A stretch of DNA of 38,086 bases from Welwitschia mirabilis (Eukaryota). The notes under the pieces are model-generated. The model was not told the DNA's origin. It made no database searches and saw only the letters and a list, made by a program, of their open reading frames with translations. The stretch is taken from the NCBI GenBank assembly GCA_051453625.1, contig JBOZIK010000001.1:15064432-15102517 (forward strand), given 5' to 3'. Shown here piece after piece: positions 1 through 11,586 of this stretch. How positions within the stretch are numbered: position 1 is the stretch's first letter; each line of letters opens with the position of its first letter. The translations under genes and the position numbers were made by a program.

Positions 1-2
1 AG

Positions 3-87
3 GTAACTCATCTCCCTTTTGCTTTTGCCGACGATTTCTTCAATCCGCCTGTGGTTTCTCTTGAAGTTCATTTCTTTGTTATGTTAG
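3..87 (+). other. Spliceosomal intron of the PCBER/IFR-like gene
   Basis: AG|GTAACT donor at 3, pyrimidine-rich body, TGTTAG acceptor ending at 87, directly before the in-frame exon. Confidence 0.85.
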
Positions 88-222
88 GGTTCGATCGACG
101 ATCATGAAACCCTATTGAAGGCCATAAAGAGCGTTGATGTTGTGATATCTACAGTCGGATCCGCACGAATAGCGGAGCAATCAAAAATAATTAGGGCTAT
201 CAAGGAAGCGGGAAACGTCAAG
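88..222 (+). CDS. Internal exon of a phenylcoumaran benzylic ether reductase / isoflavone-reductase-like protein (PIP family, NmrA-like NADPH reductase)
   Basis: Translates GSIDDHETLLKAIKSVDVVISTVGSARIAEQSKIIRAIKEAGNVK, matching the family motif DHxxLxxAIKxVDVVISTVG...KIIxAIKEAGNVK. It is 135 nt, bounded by AG (86-87) and GT (223-224). Confidence 0.92.
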
Positions 223-253
223 GTTTTCTCCTTCGTCCTTGCGATTTCAGCAA

Positions 254-1222
254 NNNNNNNNNNNNNNNNNNNNNNNNNNNNNNNNNNNNNNNNNNNNNNN
301 NNNNNNNNNNNNNNNNNNNNNNNNNNNNNNNNNNNNNNNNNNNNNNNNNNNNNNNNNNNNNNNNNNNNNNNNNNNNNNNNNNNNNNNNNNNNNNNNNNNN
401 NNNNNNNNNNNNNNNNNNNNNNNNNNNNNNNNNNNNNNNNNNNNNNNNNNNNNNNNNNNNNNNNNNNNNNNNNNNNNNNNNNNNNNNNNNNNNNNNNNNN
501 NNNNNNNNNNNNNNNNNNNNNNNNNNNNNNNNNNNNNNNNNNNNNNNNNNNNNNNNNNNNNNNNNNNNNNNNNNNNNNNNNNNNNNNNNNNNNNNNNNNN
601 NNNNNNNNNNNNNNNNNNNNNNNNNNNNNNNNNNNNNNNNNNNNNNNNNNNNNNNNNNNNNNNNNNNNNNNNNNNNNNNNNNNNNNNNNNNNNNNNNNNN
701 NNNNNNNNNNNNNNNNNNNNNNNNNNNNNNNNNNNNNNNNNNNNNNNNNNNNNNNNNNNNNNNNNNNNNNNNNNNNNNNNNNNNNNNNNNNNNNNNNNNN
801 NNNNNNNNNNNNNNNNNNNNNNNNNNNNNNNNNNNNNNNNNNNNNNNNNNNNNNNNNNNNNNNNNNNNNNNNNNNNNNNNNNNNNNNNNNNNNNNNNNNN
901 NNNNNNNNNNNNNNNNNNNNNNNNNNNNNNNNNNNNNNNNNNNNNNNNNNNNNNNNNNNNNNNNNNNNNNNNNNNNNNNNNNNNNNNNNNNNNNNNNNNN
1001 NNNNNNNNNNNNNNNNNNNNNNNNNNNNNNNNNNNNNNNNNNNNNNNNNNNNNNNNNNNNNNNNNNNNNNNNNNNNNNNNNNNNNNNNNNNNNNNNNNNN
1101 NNNNNNNNNNNNNNNNNNNNNNNNNNNNNNNNNNNNNNNNNNNNNNNNNNNNNNNNNNNNNNNNNNNNNNNNNNNNNNNNNNNNNNNNNNNNNNNNNNNN
1201 NNNNNNNNNNNNNNNNNNNNNN
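254..1222. other. Assembly gap expected to contain the middle exons of the reductase gene
   Basis: Run of N between two recognisable parts of the same protein family. Confidence 0.85.
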
Positions 1223-1318
1223 AATTTTGAAATTGGGGAAAATGGCACGGAAGCCACAGCTCTTTATCCGGATGTCAAATATACAACTGTCGATGAGATT
1301 CTCAACCATTTTGTCTGA
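1223..1318 (+). CDS. 3' end of the last exon of the PCBER/IFR-like gene
   Basis: NFEIGENGTEATALYPDVKYTTVDEILNHFV-stop matches the family C-terminus NFEI...EASxLYPDVKYTTVDEYLxxFV. Confidence 0.92.
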   Translation, partial: NFEIGENGTEATALYPDVKYTTVDEILNHFV

Positions 1319-1362
1319 ATCGATTCTTGCGTCAGCTCAGCGATTGACTCTCATAAATCCTT

Positions 1363-1416
1363 TTATCAGGAGAACCAAATATTCGGTGGCTTATCAGGAG
1401 AACCAAATGGGGTGGC
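1363..1416. repeat. Two-copy ~28 bp tandem duplication in the 3' UTR
   Basis: TTATCAGGAGAACCAAAT at 1363 and 1391, each followed shortly by GGTGGC. Confidence 0.85.
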
Positions 1417-1497
1417 CTTGCAGTTATTATCACCCTCTTTATTAGCATTGAATTTACCCTGCGGGATATCTGCCTTTTAATCTTCGTCCTTTACCTC

Positions 1498-1503
1498 AAT
1501 AAA
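1498..1503 (+). promoter_or_regulatory. Candidate polyadenylation signal of the reductase gene
   Basis: AATAAA about 180 nt after the stop codon, followed by a T-rich tract. Confidence 0.45.
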
Positions 1504-1650
1504 AATGGCAATGCCCTTTTTTTATATTAAACGTTACTAATACTTTTTAATATTTATTGATTATTACTAAGTGGAATAGTAATGAAATTGATGGCTTATT
1601 TTGTAGATGGATTTTACTATTGTCATGTTCCAAATAAGATGATTTTCTCA

Positions 1651-1744
1651 TGCCTCAAATAGTACCAATAATGCTAGAACCTTATGTGTTATCTTTTGCC
1701 TCAAATAGTACCAATAATGCTAGAACCTTATGTGTTATCTTTTG
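1651..1744. repeat. Perfect two-copy 46 bp tandem duplication
   Basis: TGCCTCAAATAGTACCAATAATGCTAGAACCTTATGTGTTATCTTT at 1651 and 1697. Confidence 0.95.
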
Positions 1745-2070
1745 TGTTGAATCTTGTGAATCTTGTAATATTGTCATGTGAGAAATTGTCTTGAGTTATG
1801 AAAAAAATCATGAATAGCACATCATGCATCAAGTTAAAAAAAAAACATTCAAGTTTGTATGTTATGTTTGAAAGATTTATATAAGCCTTTATGGAATTAT
1901 TCAATTTATGAAGGCATGAAGCTTCACAAATTACTTAATTTACATTTGATTAATTTGTTAGCATATGTTGAATTAGTAAGTCCAAGAAAGAAAAGATTTG
2001 TAGAGTTACAGCAAATTTATTTATAATTGAACATCGTTACAATAATAGAAAATATAACTAATGTTGAAAG

Positions 2071-3569
2071 TATTAGATTATGTTTTGCCAATTGATGTCA
2101 AACTAATCTTTTCTGTGTAGCAAATTTTGTGTATTTTGTGCATAAAATGTTAACCATTTGTAAGTTAGATGCTGAAGCCATAAATATTAAAATTTGATTG
2201 TCAAGTTCACTTACTCTCTTGAGGGGTCAATTGGACTTGCAAGGGGTTGACCACACCTAGAGCATACTCTTAGAATTGAACTGAATTCAAAGGGGTCAAC
2301 CGAATTTTTAAGGAGTCGAATGGACTTATGATCCCAAGAGCTAATATCCCTAAACCGAATGACAAGGGGTCGACTAGACCTATGATACAGTTACTGGATT
2401 TGTGGACCTGAGAATAGTATTCCTGAACTAAATGTCAAGGGGTCGACCAGACTTATGATGGTGTCAACTAGATCTATAAACTTGAGAACAGTACTCCTAA
2501 ACCGATTATTAAGGGGGCGACTGGATCTTTGAAGGGGTTAACTGGACCTGAGCACTATGCAGCTAATATCTCTAAGTCAATCGTCATGGGATCGACTGGA
2601 CATCTGAAGGGGTCGACTGGACCTAATGCAGGAAATTGAAATGATCTTTTATAAGGACTAACGTGCAACTAGACAAAATTGTAGGCGAGTAGATGGGGGT
2701 CGATCAGACCCTAAGGAGTCGACCAAACATGGAGCCATAAGAAACTAGGGTAACTGAAAAGTTCACTCGGGCGACCTGTGTAAGTCACAACACTAGGCGG
2801 GGTTAACCAGACCGAAATGGAATTAAAATTTTCTATTTGTTATATATCTATTAGATATCCATTTTCTAGGTGTTTATAGCCATTGGAAGCACATTTTTAA
2901 TTGGAATAAACCCTAAAAGCCTTCCAATATAAACACCCAAGTGAGATATTACTAAAAAGACTTTTTGACTCTTGATCAAATGCCTGAATGTTGTGATATT
3001 TACTATAGCATCTTGGCATTATACTTCTGACTAAAGAAAGACAATTTATCATTTGTTGTATCTGTATATTCAAGATCAAATCTAGTGCTTTATTTGTTCT
3101 ATTATCTATAAGAGAAGAGATCCATTGAAATCATTGTATCAAAAAACAAGTGATATTTGTGCATCAAGACATGCTTACCGTCATTATTATATCCTCTAAA
3201 GGTTGTAATTGAGCCTGTAAAAGTCTATTAGAAAGGTTAAGACTTAGCTTGAAAAAGTCCATGTGTAAAAGTTACAAATGAACCTGTAATACCTAAAAGA
3301 GTTAACAAAGATTCGGATCAAGCTTGGTGATAAGCTGATCATCGAGAGTAGAGTAGGGAGTTTCCCGAACCACTACAAATCTTGCATGCATCTGATGATA
3401 TTTGTTCTTTTTGTTAGTTTCATTTTTTTAAATACCTCTTAGTTTATCTTTTCATGTACAATTTTATTAGAGATTTATTTTGAACAAGTTTTTGTTATAA
3501 CATGAGTTTATTTTTTTTTTTTCCTTAAATAATCCATTCATCCCCCCTCTAGGGTGCTTGATCCTATTA
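2071..3569 (+). repeat. 5' LTR of the Sirevirus-like element
   Basis: Starts TATTAGATTATG (cf. TGTTAGATTATG at 9012) and ends GATCCTATTA (cf. GATCCTATCA at 10853). Colinear with the 3' LTR, roughly 80% identical by eye. Confidence 0.9.
2221..2813 (+). repeat. Cluster of ~14 degenerate AAGGGGTCGACYRGACCT motifs in the LTR U3 region (also in the 3' LTR at ~9170-9260 and ~9590-10105)
   Basis: Examples: GGGGTCGACTAGACCT at ~2366, GGGGTCGACCAGACT at ~2439, GGGGTCGACTGGACCT at ~2609. They lie upstream of a TATA-like AATATAAA at ~2926. Confidence 0.85.
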
Positions 3570-3571
3570 AT

Positions 3572-3583
3572 TGGTTTTAGAGC
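3572..3583 (+). promoter_or_regulatory. Primer-binding site (tRNA-iMet), degenerate
   Basis: TGGTTTTAGAGC versus consensus TGGTATCAGAGC, 2 nt after the 5' LTR. Confidence 0.8.
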
Positions 3584-3635
3584 TAAGTTAAGTCTATTTT
3601 TAGATTTTAACTAATCTACGCTCTAGAATCCAAAA

Positions 3636-6600
3636 ATGAGTAATCCCTTTATTGATTTTTCAAATACACCCTTCTTAGACACCAGTACTCTTATTGGTAT
3701 TTTTTGGATAGTATGTGGATATATTTTCAAATAGATTACAATCAGTGAAAATGCAAAGGAGTCAAGGAAAAGTGACAAAAGACCAGTTTAAAAATCTGAC
3801 AAAGACAAGAGACCTTCTTTCATGGCAATTGTGCCTCCTTTACAAAATGTGATTGATAAAGAACAGGATGAACTGGAAGATACCTGTCAAGAACTATACC
3901 TAGAATGTGAAAAGTTGGCTAAAAGGATAAATGATTTGAACAAGATTGTAAAATCTCTCATCAAGGAAAAGGATAAAATGGAATCAAGATTCAAGAGGAT
4001 CAAATCTGAAAACTCCGATATCAACCTATAGGTAAAAGAGTTATCTCATTTTGTTAATAAATTTTCTAGTGGGTCTTTCAAATTAGAATAGATGATTGGA
4101 GTTTAAAAAGCTATTGGTGACAAGTTAGGTATTGGGTTCATCTCACAAAAATTTCAAAAGTAGCAAAATCAGGTAACATGGCAAAGTAAGTTCTTCTCAA
4201 AAGTTACTTAACATTTCTGTGGAAAAATTAGTAATTCAAAACTTTTCTACAATGCTAGAAAATTAATGTTATTCTCAAACTCAGTCAATACAATTCCTTT
4301 TAAATTCATTCCAAAAGGAGATATATCACATAAGTGTAAAATGACTATGTGGGTAAAATATAATTATATTAAAAGCCTTTTAATTTAGACAGCTTTCAAG
4401 GTTTCAAATAGTAGTAGCTAGTATCTGAATAGTGGGTGTTCAAGACATATGACAGGAGATAAATCCAGGTCATAAAGGGATTTATGAAATTGATTCCACT
4501 AATGGCTATGATGGCTACCTATGTACTCATAATTTACTTAGATGAGTGGTTCTAAATGATACATCAGATTCATTAGAAGATTGTGGTACCACCTATTATG
4601 TTTCCTTCTAAATGGTATGTTCTTATGCATATGGAGATTGCTTTCCATATCTTGAATCTGTTATACCTCTAATAGGCCATTTCTCCTCTACTTCTATGTT
4701 ATTTTCATTTCACTAGTCCTTATCTTGTCTATCCATATATGTTTTCCCCTTTATTTCAACTCTAATATGGTTTTCCCCCTTACTAGCTACCCCATTTGCA
4801 TACTCATCTTATCTTTTCTTTAGCTTTAGGATGTTTCTTCTAATTTCCCCATCTACTTTTGCAATTTTTTTGAGTCCTATTTTCCTAAATATGACATCTG
4901 ATTATTTAAATATCTAATTTATAAGTTCTTTCCCAGTTATCTTCACTAGCTTATTCATATATGTGATGCATTTTTAGCATCTATAACAAGTAGTCTATTT
5001 TAAAAGTATAGAGAAATGCATAATGTTTCTCCACTTACTTAGGTATAAANNNNNNNNNNNNNNNNNNNNNNNNNNNNNNNNNNNNNNNNNNNNNNNNNNN
5101 NNNNNNNNNNNNNNNNNNNNNNNNNNNNNNNNNNNNNNNNNNNNNNNNNTTTCAAAAGTAGCAAAATCAGGTAACATGGCAAAGTAAGTTCTTCTCAAAA
5201 GTTACTTGTTATTTCTATGGAAAAATTTATCATTCAAATTTTTTGTGTAATGCTACAAAATTAATATTATTCTTGAACTCAGTTATTAATTTTCCTTTTA
5301 AATTAATTCTAAAATAAGGTATACCACATAAGTCTAAAAAGACTATGTGGGTAAAAGCTAATGATCTTAAAACTATTTTAATTTAGATAGATTTCAAGGT
5401 TTCAAATAGCAGTAATTAATATTTGGATAGTAGGTGTTTAAGGCATATGATAGGAGACAAATCTAGATTCAAGTAATTAAGCAACTTTGATGAAGAAGAG
5501 GTGACTTTTGGTGATAACAGAAGAGCAAAAATAGAAGGCATTAGAAGCATCGATGAAGATAACCTTTCTAAAATTAATAAATTTCTGTATATAAATAATT
5601 TAAAGCATAATTTATTGAGCATTAGTTAAATATATGACAAAGATTACAAGTTAGTCTTTGATAAATCAAAATGTAAAATTTTGCATGGGAAATCTAATGA
5701 TTTAATTCTTAAAGCAAGTAGAATAGACAACATATATAGCATAAAACAACCATATTCTCCATGTTATTTTTCAAATGTTTCTTAAGAAGAGCTTTGGCAT
5801 AAACGATTAGGTTATGTTAATTATGATTAGTTGAAAATAATTATTCATAAAAACATTGTAAAAGGTATCCCTAAGATGAATGTAGAAAATAAAGGTTTAT
5901 GTGATTTGTGCCAAAAAAGAAAAACAAATAAGGACTTCACATAAAAGTAAAAATCAAACTTCCACAACTATGCTGTTAGAGTTTATTCATATGGAGCTGG
6001 TAGGTCCTACTTAAACTTGAAGTCTAGGTGGTGAATGTTATTTTCTTACTATAGTTGATGACTTCTCTAGATATACTTAGATAACCTTCTTATCATATAA
6101 TTTTGAAACATACAAATGTTGGGTTAAGATATGTAAAAGATTCAAAATGAAAAAGGGTATACCATAAAGAAAATAAAAAGTGATCATGGAGGAGAATTTA
6201 AGAACCATTTTTTTTGAGAAATACTACATTGATAATGGAATTAACCATTAATTTTCAGCTCCAAAAATACTATAAGAAAATGATATAGGTGAATGAAAGA
6301 ATAGAGTCCTTCAATAAATGACATGAATCATGTTAAATGATAAAGAGGTTCTTAAATCATTTTGGGCTGAGGTAGTTAGCATAGCATGCTATATTATACT
6401 CAAAAGTAAATGCTATGTGCTGAAAGATAAAGAACATTTGAGCAAATTTGACTCTAAAGTGAATGAAGCTATACTTTAAATTACTCAACTAGAAGTAAAG
6501 CCTATTGTGTTTTCAACAAGAGAAGTTTAATGGTAGAAGAATCAATAAATGTATAAATTGATGAGATTGACACAAAACCAAACTGCACAGATGAAGAGGG

Positions 6601-8336
6601 AGTCATAACTATAAGCATCCCCATAACTAATGAAGTGACTATTGAAAGTAATGAAGGTCCATCAAAAGAAGGCACACCAAAAAAGCCCTAATTATTAAAA
6701 GAGCATTCTCTAGAATCTATTATTGGAGAAGTTAATTTAAAAATAAAGACAAGAGGTTCTATGAAGGATTTGTATGCTTACATTTATTATGTTTTAAAAA
6801 TAGAACCTAAGAAATTTGAAGAAGTTGAAATTCATGAGGAATGAATAATGGTAATGCAAGATGAGCTACAATAGTTCAAGAGGAATGATGTTTAGAAGCT
6901 TGTAGAAAGGCCAAAAGATAAAAAATATCATTAGAATTAAGTGGATTTTTAAAAACAAATGTGATAAAGAAAATAATATCATTAAAAACAAGGTAATATT
7001 AGTAGCACAAGGCTATAATCAGATAGAAGGCATTAATGTAGGGGATACTTTTTCTCCCATTACAAGGCTAAATACCATTAGAATGATTTTATCTTTTGCA
7101 GTCTATAGAAATTTCAAAGTTTATCAAATGGATGTGAAGAGTGCTTTTCTAAATAGAACTTTAATTGAAGAAGTTTATTTAGAGTAATCATAAGGTTTTA
7201 TAGATCCTCATAAAATTAATTATGTGTATAGACTTAATAAAGCCTTGTATAAATTAAAACAAGTTACAAAAGCTCGGTAGGAAAAGCTAGCCACTTTTTT
7301 AAATTAAAATGGATACATTCATGAAACTATAGACAAAATGTTATTTGTAAAGGATTTGAGAAAGGATTTCATTATTATACATATTTATGTTGATAATATT
7401 ATATTCGGTGTCTGAAATGAAAAGTTATCAAAAGAATTTATAACTATTATGATAACTCATTTTAAAATGAATATGTTTGATGAAGTAAAAATATTTCTTA
7501 GACTATAGATCAAAGAATCAAAATATGGGGTATTTATTTCTCAATCCAAATATGCAAGAGATTTAATCTAATGTTTTGGATTATAAAATGCAAATACAAC
7601 TAACACTCCTATGTTTATATCATGTAAAGTAAGTTTGAATGAAAATGGTAAACCAGTGGATCAAAAAGTTTACAGAAATATGATTAGTAATTTACTATAT
7701 TATACTATAACTAGACTAGACATTATGTTTGGTGTAGGATTATGTGCAAGGTATTGATATCAACCAAAAGAATCACATCTACAAGTAGTAAAAAGAATAA
7801 CCGAGTATGTAAAAGGCACATATGATTATAACTTATGGTATGCTACAAAAATATCCTTTAAGCTTATAAGCTTTAGTGATGTAGATTGGGTTGGTTGTAA
7901 AGATAATAGAAAGAGCACAAGTGGAAATTGTTTTCTATTAGGTTTATACGTAGTAAGATGGGAAAGTAAGAAACAAAACTCCATCTCTCTCTCAACTATA
8001 GAAGAAAAATATATTGCAACAGATAGTTGTTGTACTCATCTTTTATGGATGAAAGAAATGCTAAAGGACTTTGATGTTAATTTTGCACAAGTTCCTATCT
8101 TTTGTGACAATACCAGTGCTATAAATAAATTAAAAAATCCTATTTAGCACTTAAAATTTAAACATATTGAGCTAAGGCATCATTTTCTAAGAGATCAAGC
8201 AGAAAAAGAACACATCTTTATGAACTTTATGAGTATAGACCAATAGCTAGCAGATATCTATACTAAACCCCTGAATTTTGATACTTTTCTTTGTCTCAAA
8301 AATAAACTAAGAGTTATCTTGCCATCTTATGGCTGA
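3636..8336 (+). pseudogene. Disrupted copia gag-pol (gag remnant, protease, integrase, RT, RNase H)
   Basis: Coiled-coil gag segment 3822-4031; protease YLNSGCSRHMTGD (~4422) and YLDSRCLRHMIGD (~5421); LWHKRLG...CDLCQ zinc motif (~5790-5915); IVDDFSRYT (~6051); SDHGGEF (~6179); YQMDVKSAFLN (~7122); YVDNIIFG (~7386); CDNTSAI and ADIYTKPL (RNase H). Many stops and frameshifts. Confidence 0.93.
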
Positions 8337-8569
8337 TTGTAGGATGATTAACTAGATTCTAATTTAGTTGATTAGATGTGATTAGTTGACTGGATCAAAA
8401 TCCCAATCACCCAGATCCTCTCAGTTCTATAGGCCCTTCAATGGAAGTTGGCGATGCAGAACAGAGGTTTATTTGCTACATAGGAACTGTATTATCTATT
8501 TTCATCTTTTCAAATGATTATATTTGATTATGTTTATGCTTATGTGTTTTTGTTCTCTTCTTTGTCATT

Positions 8570-9011
8570 GATGTCAAAAGGAGGAGAATTAGGTGTATGT
8601 TTCTTTTTAATGCTTATAAAAATGCACTTGGTTTTATGCTTTTAATTTGTATCTTAAATATGTTTTTATGCAATTTAAACATTCATATGAGCTTAACATT
8701 TTTCTCTGATGATACTTAAGGATCCAAATGATGTTATCCTATATTTGCAATGAATTTTAAATAATCAAAGTAATAAAAGTTATATAATTAAAATGTGCTT
8801 TTCATAAATAATATGTTCTTAACTCTCCAAATGTGTACCTTAAATTGTTTATATTTTAGCATAAAAAGAGTCTTATCAAAATGTCTTAAATTAGTTCCAA
8901 AGGCTTAATATTTTACAAAGAATAATAGCCATTTTGTGAGGAGGAGTTTTCTTAGTTTTTAAATATTTTTACAACTAAGTATTATTTTCCATGAATTTCA
9001 AAGGAAGCGAT
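8570..9011 (+). promoter_or_regulatory. Multiple polypurine tracts before the 3' LTR
   Basis: GATGTCAAAAGGAGGAGAA (~8570-8588), GAGGAGGAG (~8938-8946) and terminal AAAGGAAGCGAT|TG (9000-9011), resembling the Sirevirus AAAGGGGGAGAT PPT array. Confidence 0.7.
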
Positions 9012-10853
9012 TGTTAGATTATGATTTGCTAATTATTGTTAAACTAATGTTTTTTAAACAAAAGTTTGTGTATCTTGTGCAGAAAATGTTAAACACTTAT
9101 AGACTAACTATTAAAGCTATGAATGTTAAAATCTAATTACTAGAAGCCTGTCAAGTTTACTTATTCTCTTAAGGGATTAACTAAGCTTTCAAGGGATGGA
9201 CTGCACCTAGAGCATCCTTTCAAAATTGAATTGAATTTAGAGGGGTTGACTAGATTTCTAAGGGATCTGTTAGGATTAAATAAGCACCCTAGAGGGGGGG
9301 TGAATAGGGTAATTTCTCTTTACTATAATTCAAAACAGAAACTTCAAGTATGATNNNNNNNNNNNNNNNNNNNNNNNNNNNNNNNNNNNNNNNNNNNNNN
9401 NNNNNNNNNNNNNNNNNNNNNNNNNNNNNNNNNNNNNNNNNNNNNNNNNNNNNNTCTGCATTCAGCTCGGACGTCTCGGTTATTAGGGCGGATGTCCCGT
9501 CTGACACAGATTCTGAATTTTTGCAAGTAACAATGTGCTGAAACCAGTTTGTTCATTCATCATTGAAACCTATCATCTCTACAGGATCAACTAAAACTAT
9601 GATCCCAAGAGCTAATATACCTAAACTAAATGATAAAGAGTTGATCAGAACTATGATGGGGTTAACCAGATTTGTGGACCTGAGAATAGTATTCCTGAAC
9701 TGAATGTCAAGGGATCGACTAGATTTATGATGGGGTTAACTGGATCTATGAACCTAAGAATAGTATTCCTAAACTAATTATCAAGGGGTCAACTGGATCT
9801 TTGAAGGGGTTGACTAGACCTGAGCACTGTGCAACTGATATATCTGAGCTGATCATTATGGGATCGACTAGACACCTAAAGGGGTTGACTAGACCTAATG
9901 CAAGAAATTAGAATGATATTTTATTAGGACTAGTAGACGATTGGACAAAATTACATGTGACTAGATGGAAGCCAATCAGACCCTAAGGGATTGATCAAAC
10001 TTGGAACCATAAGAAACTAGGATGACTGAAAAGTTCACCCAGGTGACCTGTGTAAGTCACAACACTAGGAGGGGTCGACCAGACTTTTGAGGGGTTGACT
10101 GATCAGAATGGAACTAAAATTTTCTATCCATTATGTATCCATTAGATATTCATTTTCTAGTCATTTATAGTTGTTGGAAGTGCATTTTCAATTGGAATAA
10201 ACCATAAAAGACTTATAATATAAATAGCTAAGAGAGAGATGACTAAAAAAACTTTTTGACTCTTTATCAAAGGACTAAATATTGTAATATTTACTATAGC
10301 ATCTTGGCATTGCACTCCTAACAAAGGACGATCTATCATTTATTGTATCTGTACATTTAAGAATAGTCCTAATGCTTCATTTTTTATATTATCTATAGGA
10401 GAAGAGCTCCATTGAAATCATTATATTAAAGAACAAGTGATATTTATGCATCAAGGCATTCTTACCATCAATATTACATCCTTTAAAGGTTGAAACTAAG
10501 CCTGCAAAATTCCATTAGAAGGTTGAAACTTAGCTTAAAAAGATTTATGTGTAAAGGTTACAAATGAATCTACAATACTTAGAAGAGTTAATATAGATTC
10601 AGATTAGGCTTGGTGATAAGCTAATCATTGAGAGTGGAGTAGGGATTTTCTTAAACCACTATAAATCTTGCATGCATCTGATTGGTATTTAATGCTTTTT
10701 ATTAGTTTCACTTTTATAAATACCTTTTAGTTTATCTTTTCATACACAAGATTATTAAAGATTTATTTTTAGTAAGTTTCTATTATATCATGAGTTTGTT
10801 TGATTAATTTTTTTAACTTGTTCATCTCCCCTCTAGGATCCTCGATCCTATCA
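9012..10853 (+). repeat. 3' LTR of the Sirevirus-like element (interrupted at 9268-9588)
   Basis: TG...CA termini; colinear with 2071-3569 apart from the insertion. Confidence 0.9.
9268..9583 (-). mobile_element. Younger Sirevirus-type LTR element or solo LTR inserted antisense; interior is in a gap
   Basis: TGT...ACA termini, perfect TSD GGATC (9263-9267 and 9584-9588). CCTAGAGGGGGGGTGAATAG is the reverse complement of the Sirevirus LTR end motif. Absent from the 5' LTR. 100 N at 9355-9454. Confidence 0.88.
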
Positions 10854-11574
10854 AAAATATCTTTGGAGAAATATCTAACCTTCATTCTCCTCCTCAACTC
10901 TAAAATTCTTTGCAATTTCAGAGTTGTAAAAACATACTCCCCCTAAAAAAAAGCACTAGATAAGCACTTAACTCTTCATATGATGTGGTTTTTAGACTAG
11001 TCACATCCTTAGTATCACTTTTCATACTTTTGTAGCATTATTACTTTCCAAACTTCATATTTTTTCTTACCAATAATGCAAATTTTATTATAGTTATGTT
11101 TCCAAACCAAATTTTAATTGTGCTAAAAAAGAGTCACTTTTGTTTATGCAAAAAAAATAGTTGCATTCTCCATATTTTACTTTCTGCCTTTGGATTCATA
11201 GATTTCTAGTGAGCTTTTGTCATTTTTTTTTTGTTTTTTTCCCCTCATTATGATGCCAACCAATTTTGTGCTTGTAACAAATATCCTATTTTTAAAAGAT
11301 ATGTGCTATCTGGAATAACATGCAACATTCAAAAATATCTTCGAGGATGTTGTCTAGTGTTGTAATTGATCTCTATCTTGTGGTTCCAGCACCAATGTGA
11401 CAGTGTGCTTTCTAACTAGTTTTATAGCAGAGCTTCTAGAGAAGAGAAAGCCTACTGATCTTAGAGTAGAAGTTGCAGAGAAGAGAGATTATAATAGAGA
11501 GAAGACATGTTATAGATGAAAAATTGAGCCACTAAGATCAAGATGATGGCTAAGATGCGAGAGCCTTTATTTTT

Positions 11575-11586
11575 GCTCTGATACCA
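11575..11586 (-). promoter_or_regulatory. Primer-binding site (tRNA-iMet) of the small LTR element
   Basis: GCTCTGATACCA, the exact reverse complement of TGGTATCAGAGC, 3 nt from the LTR edge at 11590. Confidence 0.9.

Larger units (their letters stand above)
2071..10853 (+). mobile_element. Decayed Ty1/copia LTR retrotransposon with both LTRs, SIRE/Sirevirus-like lineage
   Basis: Two ~1.5 kb LTRs, iMet PBS, gag-PR-INT-RT-RH order, multiple PPT-like tracts, LTR end motif TTCAYCCCCCTCTAGG, palindromic repeat cluster in the LTRs. Degenerate TSD GAAAG/AAAAT. Confidence 0.92.

Noticed and set aside
115..1318. Four 336-371 aa ORFs in the ORF track
   Set aside because: Artefacts of translating through N; only 88-222 and 1223-1318 are supported as coding
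2221..2813. Repeat-spacer pattern suggestive of a CRISPR array
   Set aside because: Degenerate repeats, irregular and partly repeated spacers, duplicated in both LTRs of a plant retrotransposon, no cas genes
3822..4031. 69 aa coiled-coil ORF as an independent gene
   Set aside because: It lies between the PBS and protease and continues into gag-like motifs, so it is a gag fragment
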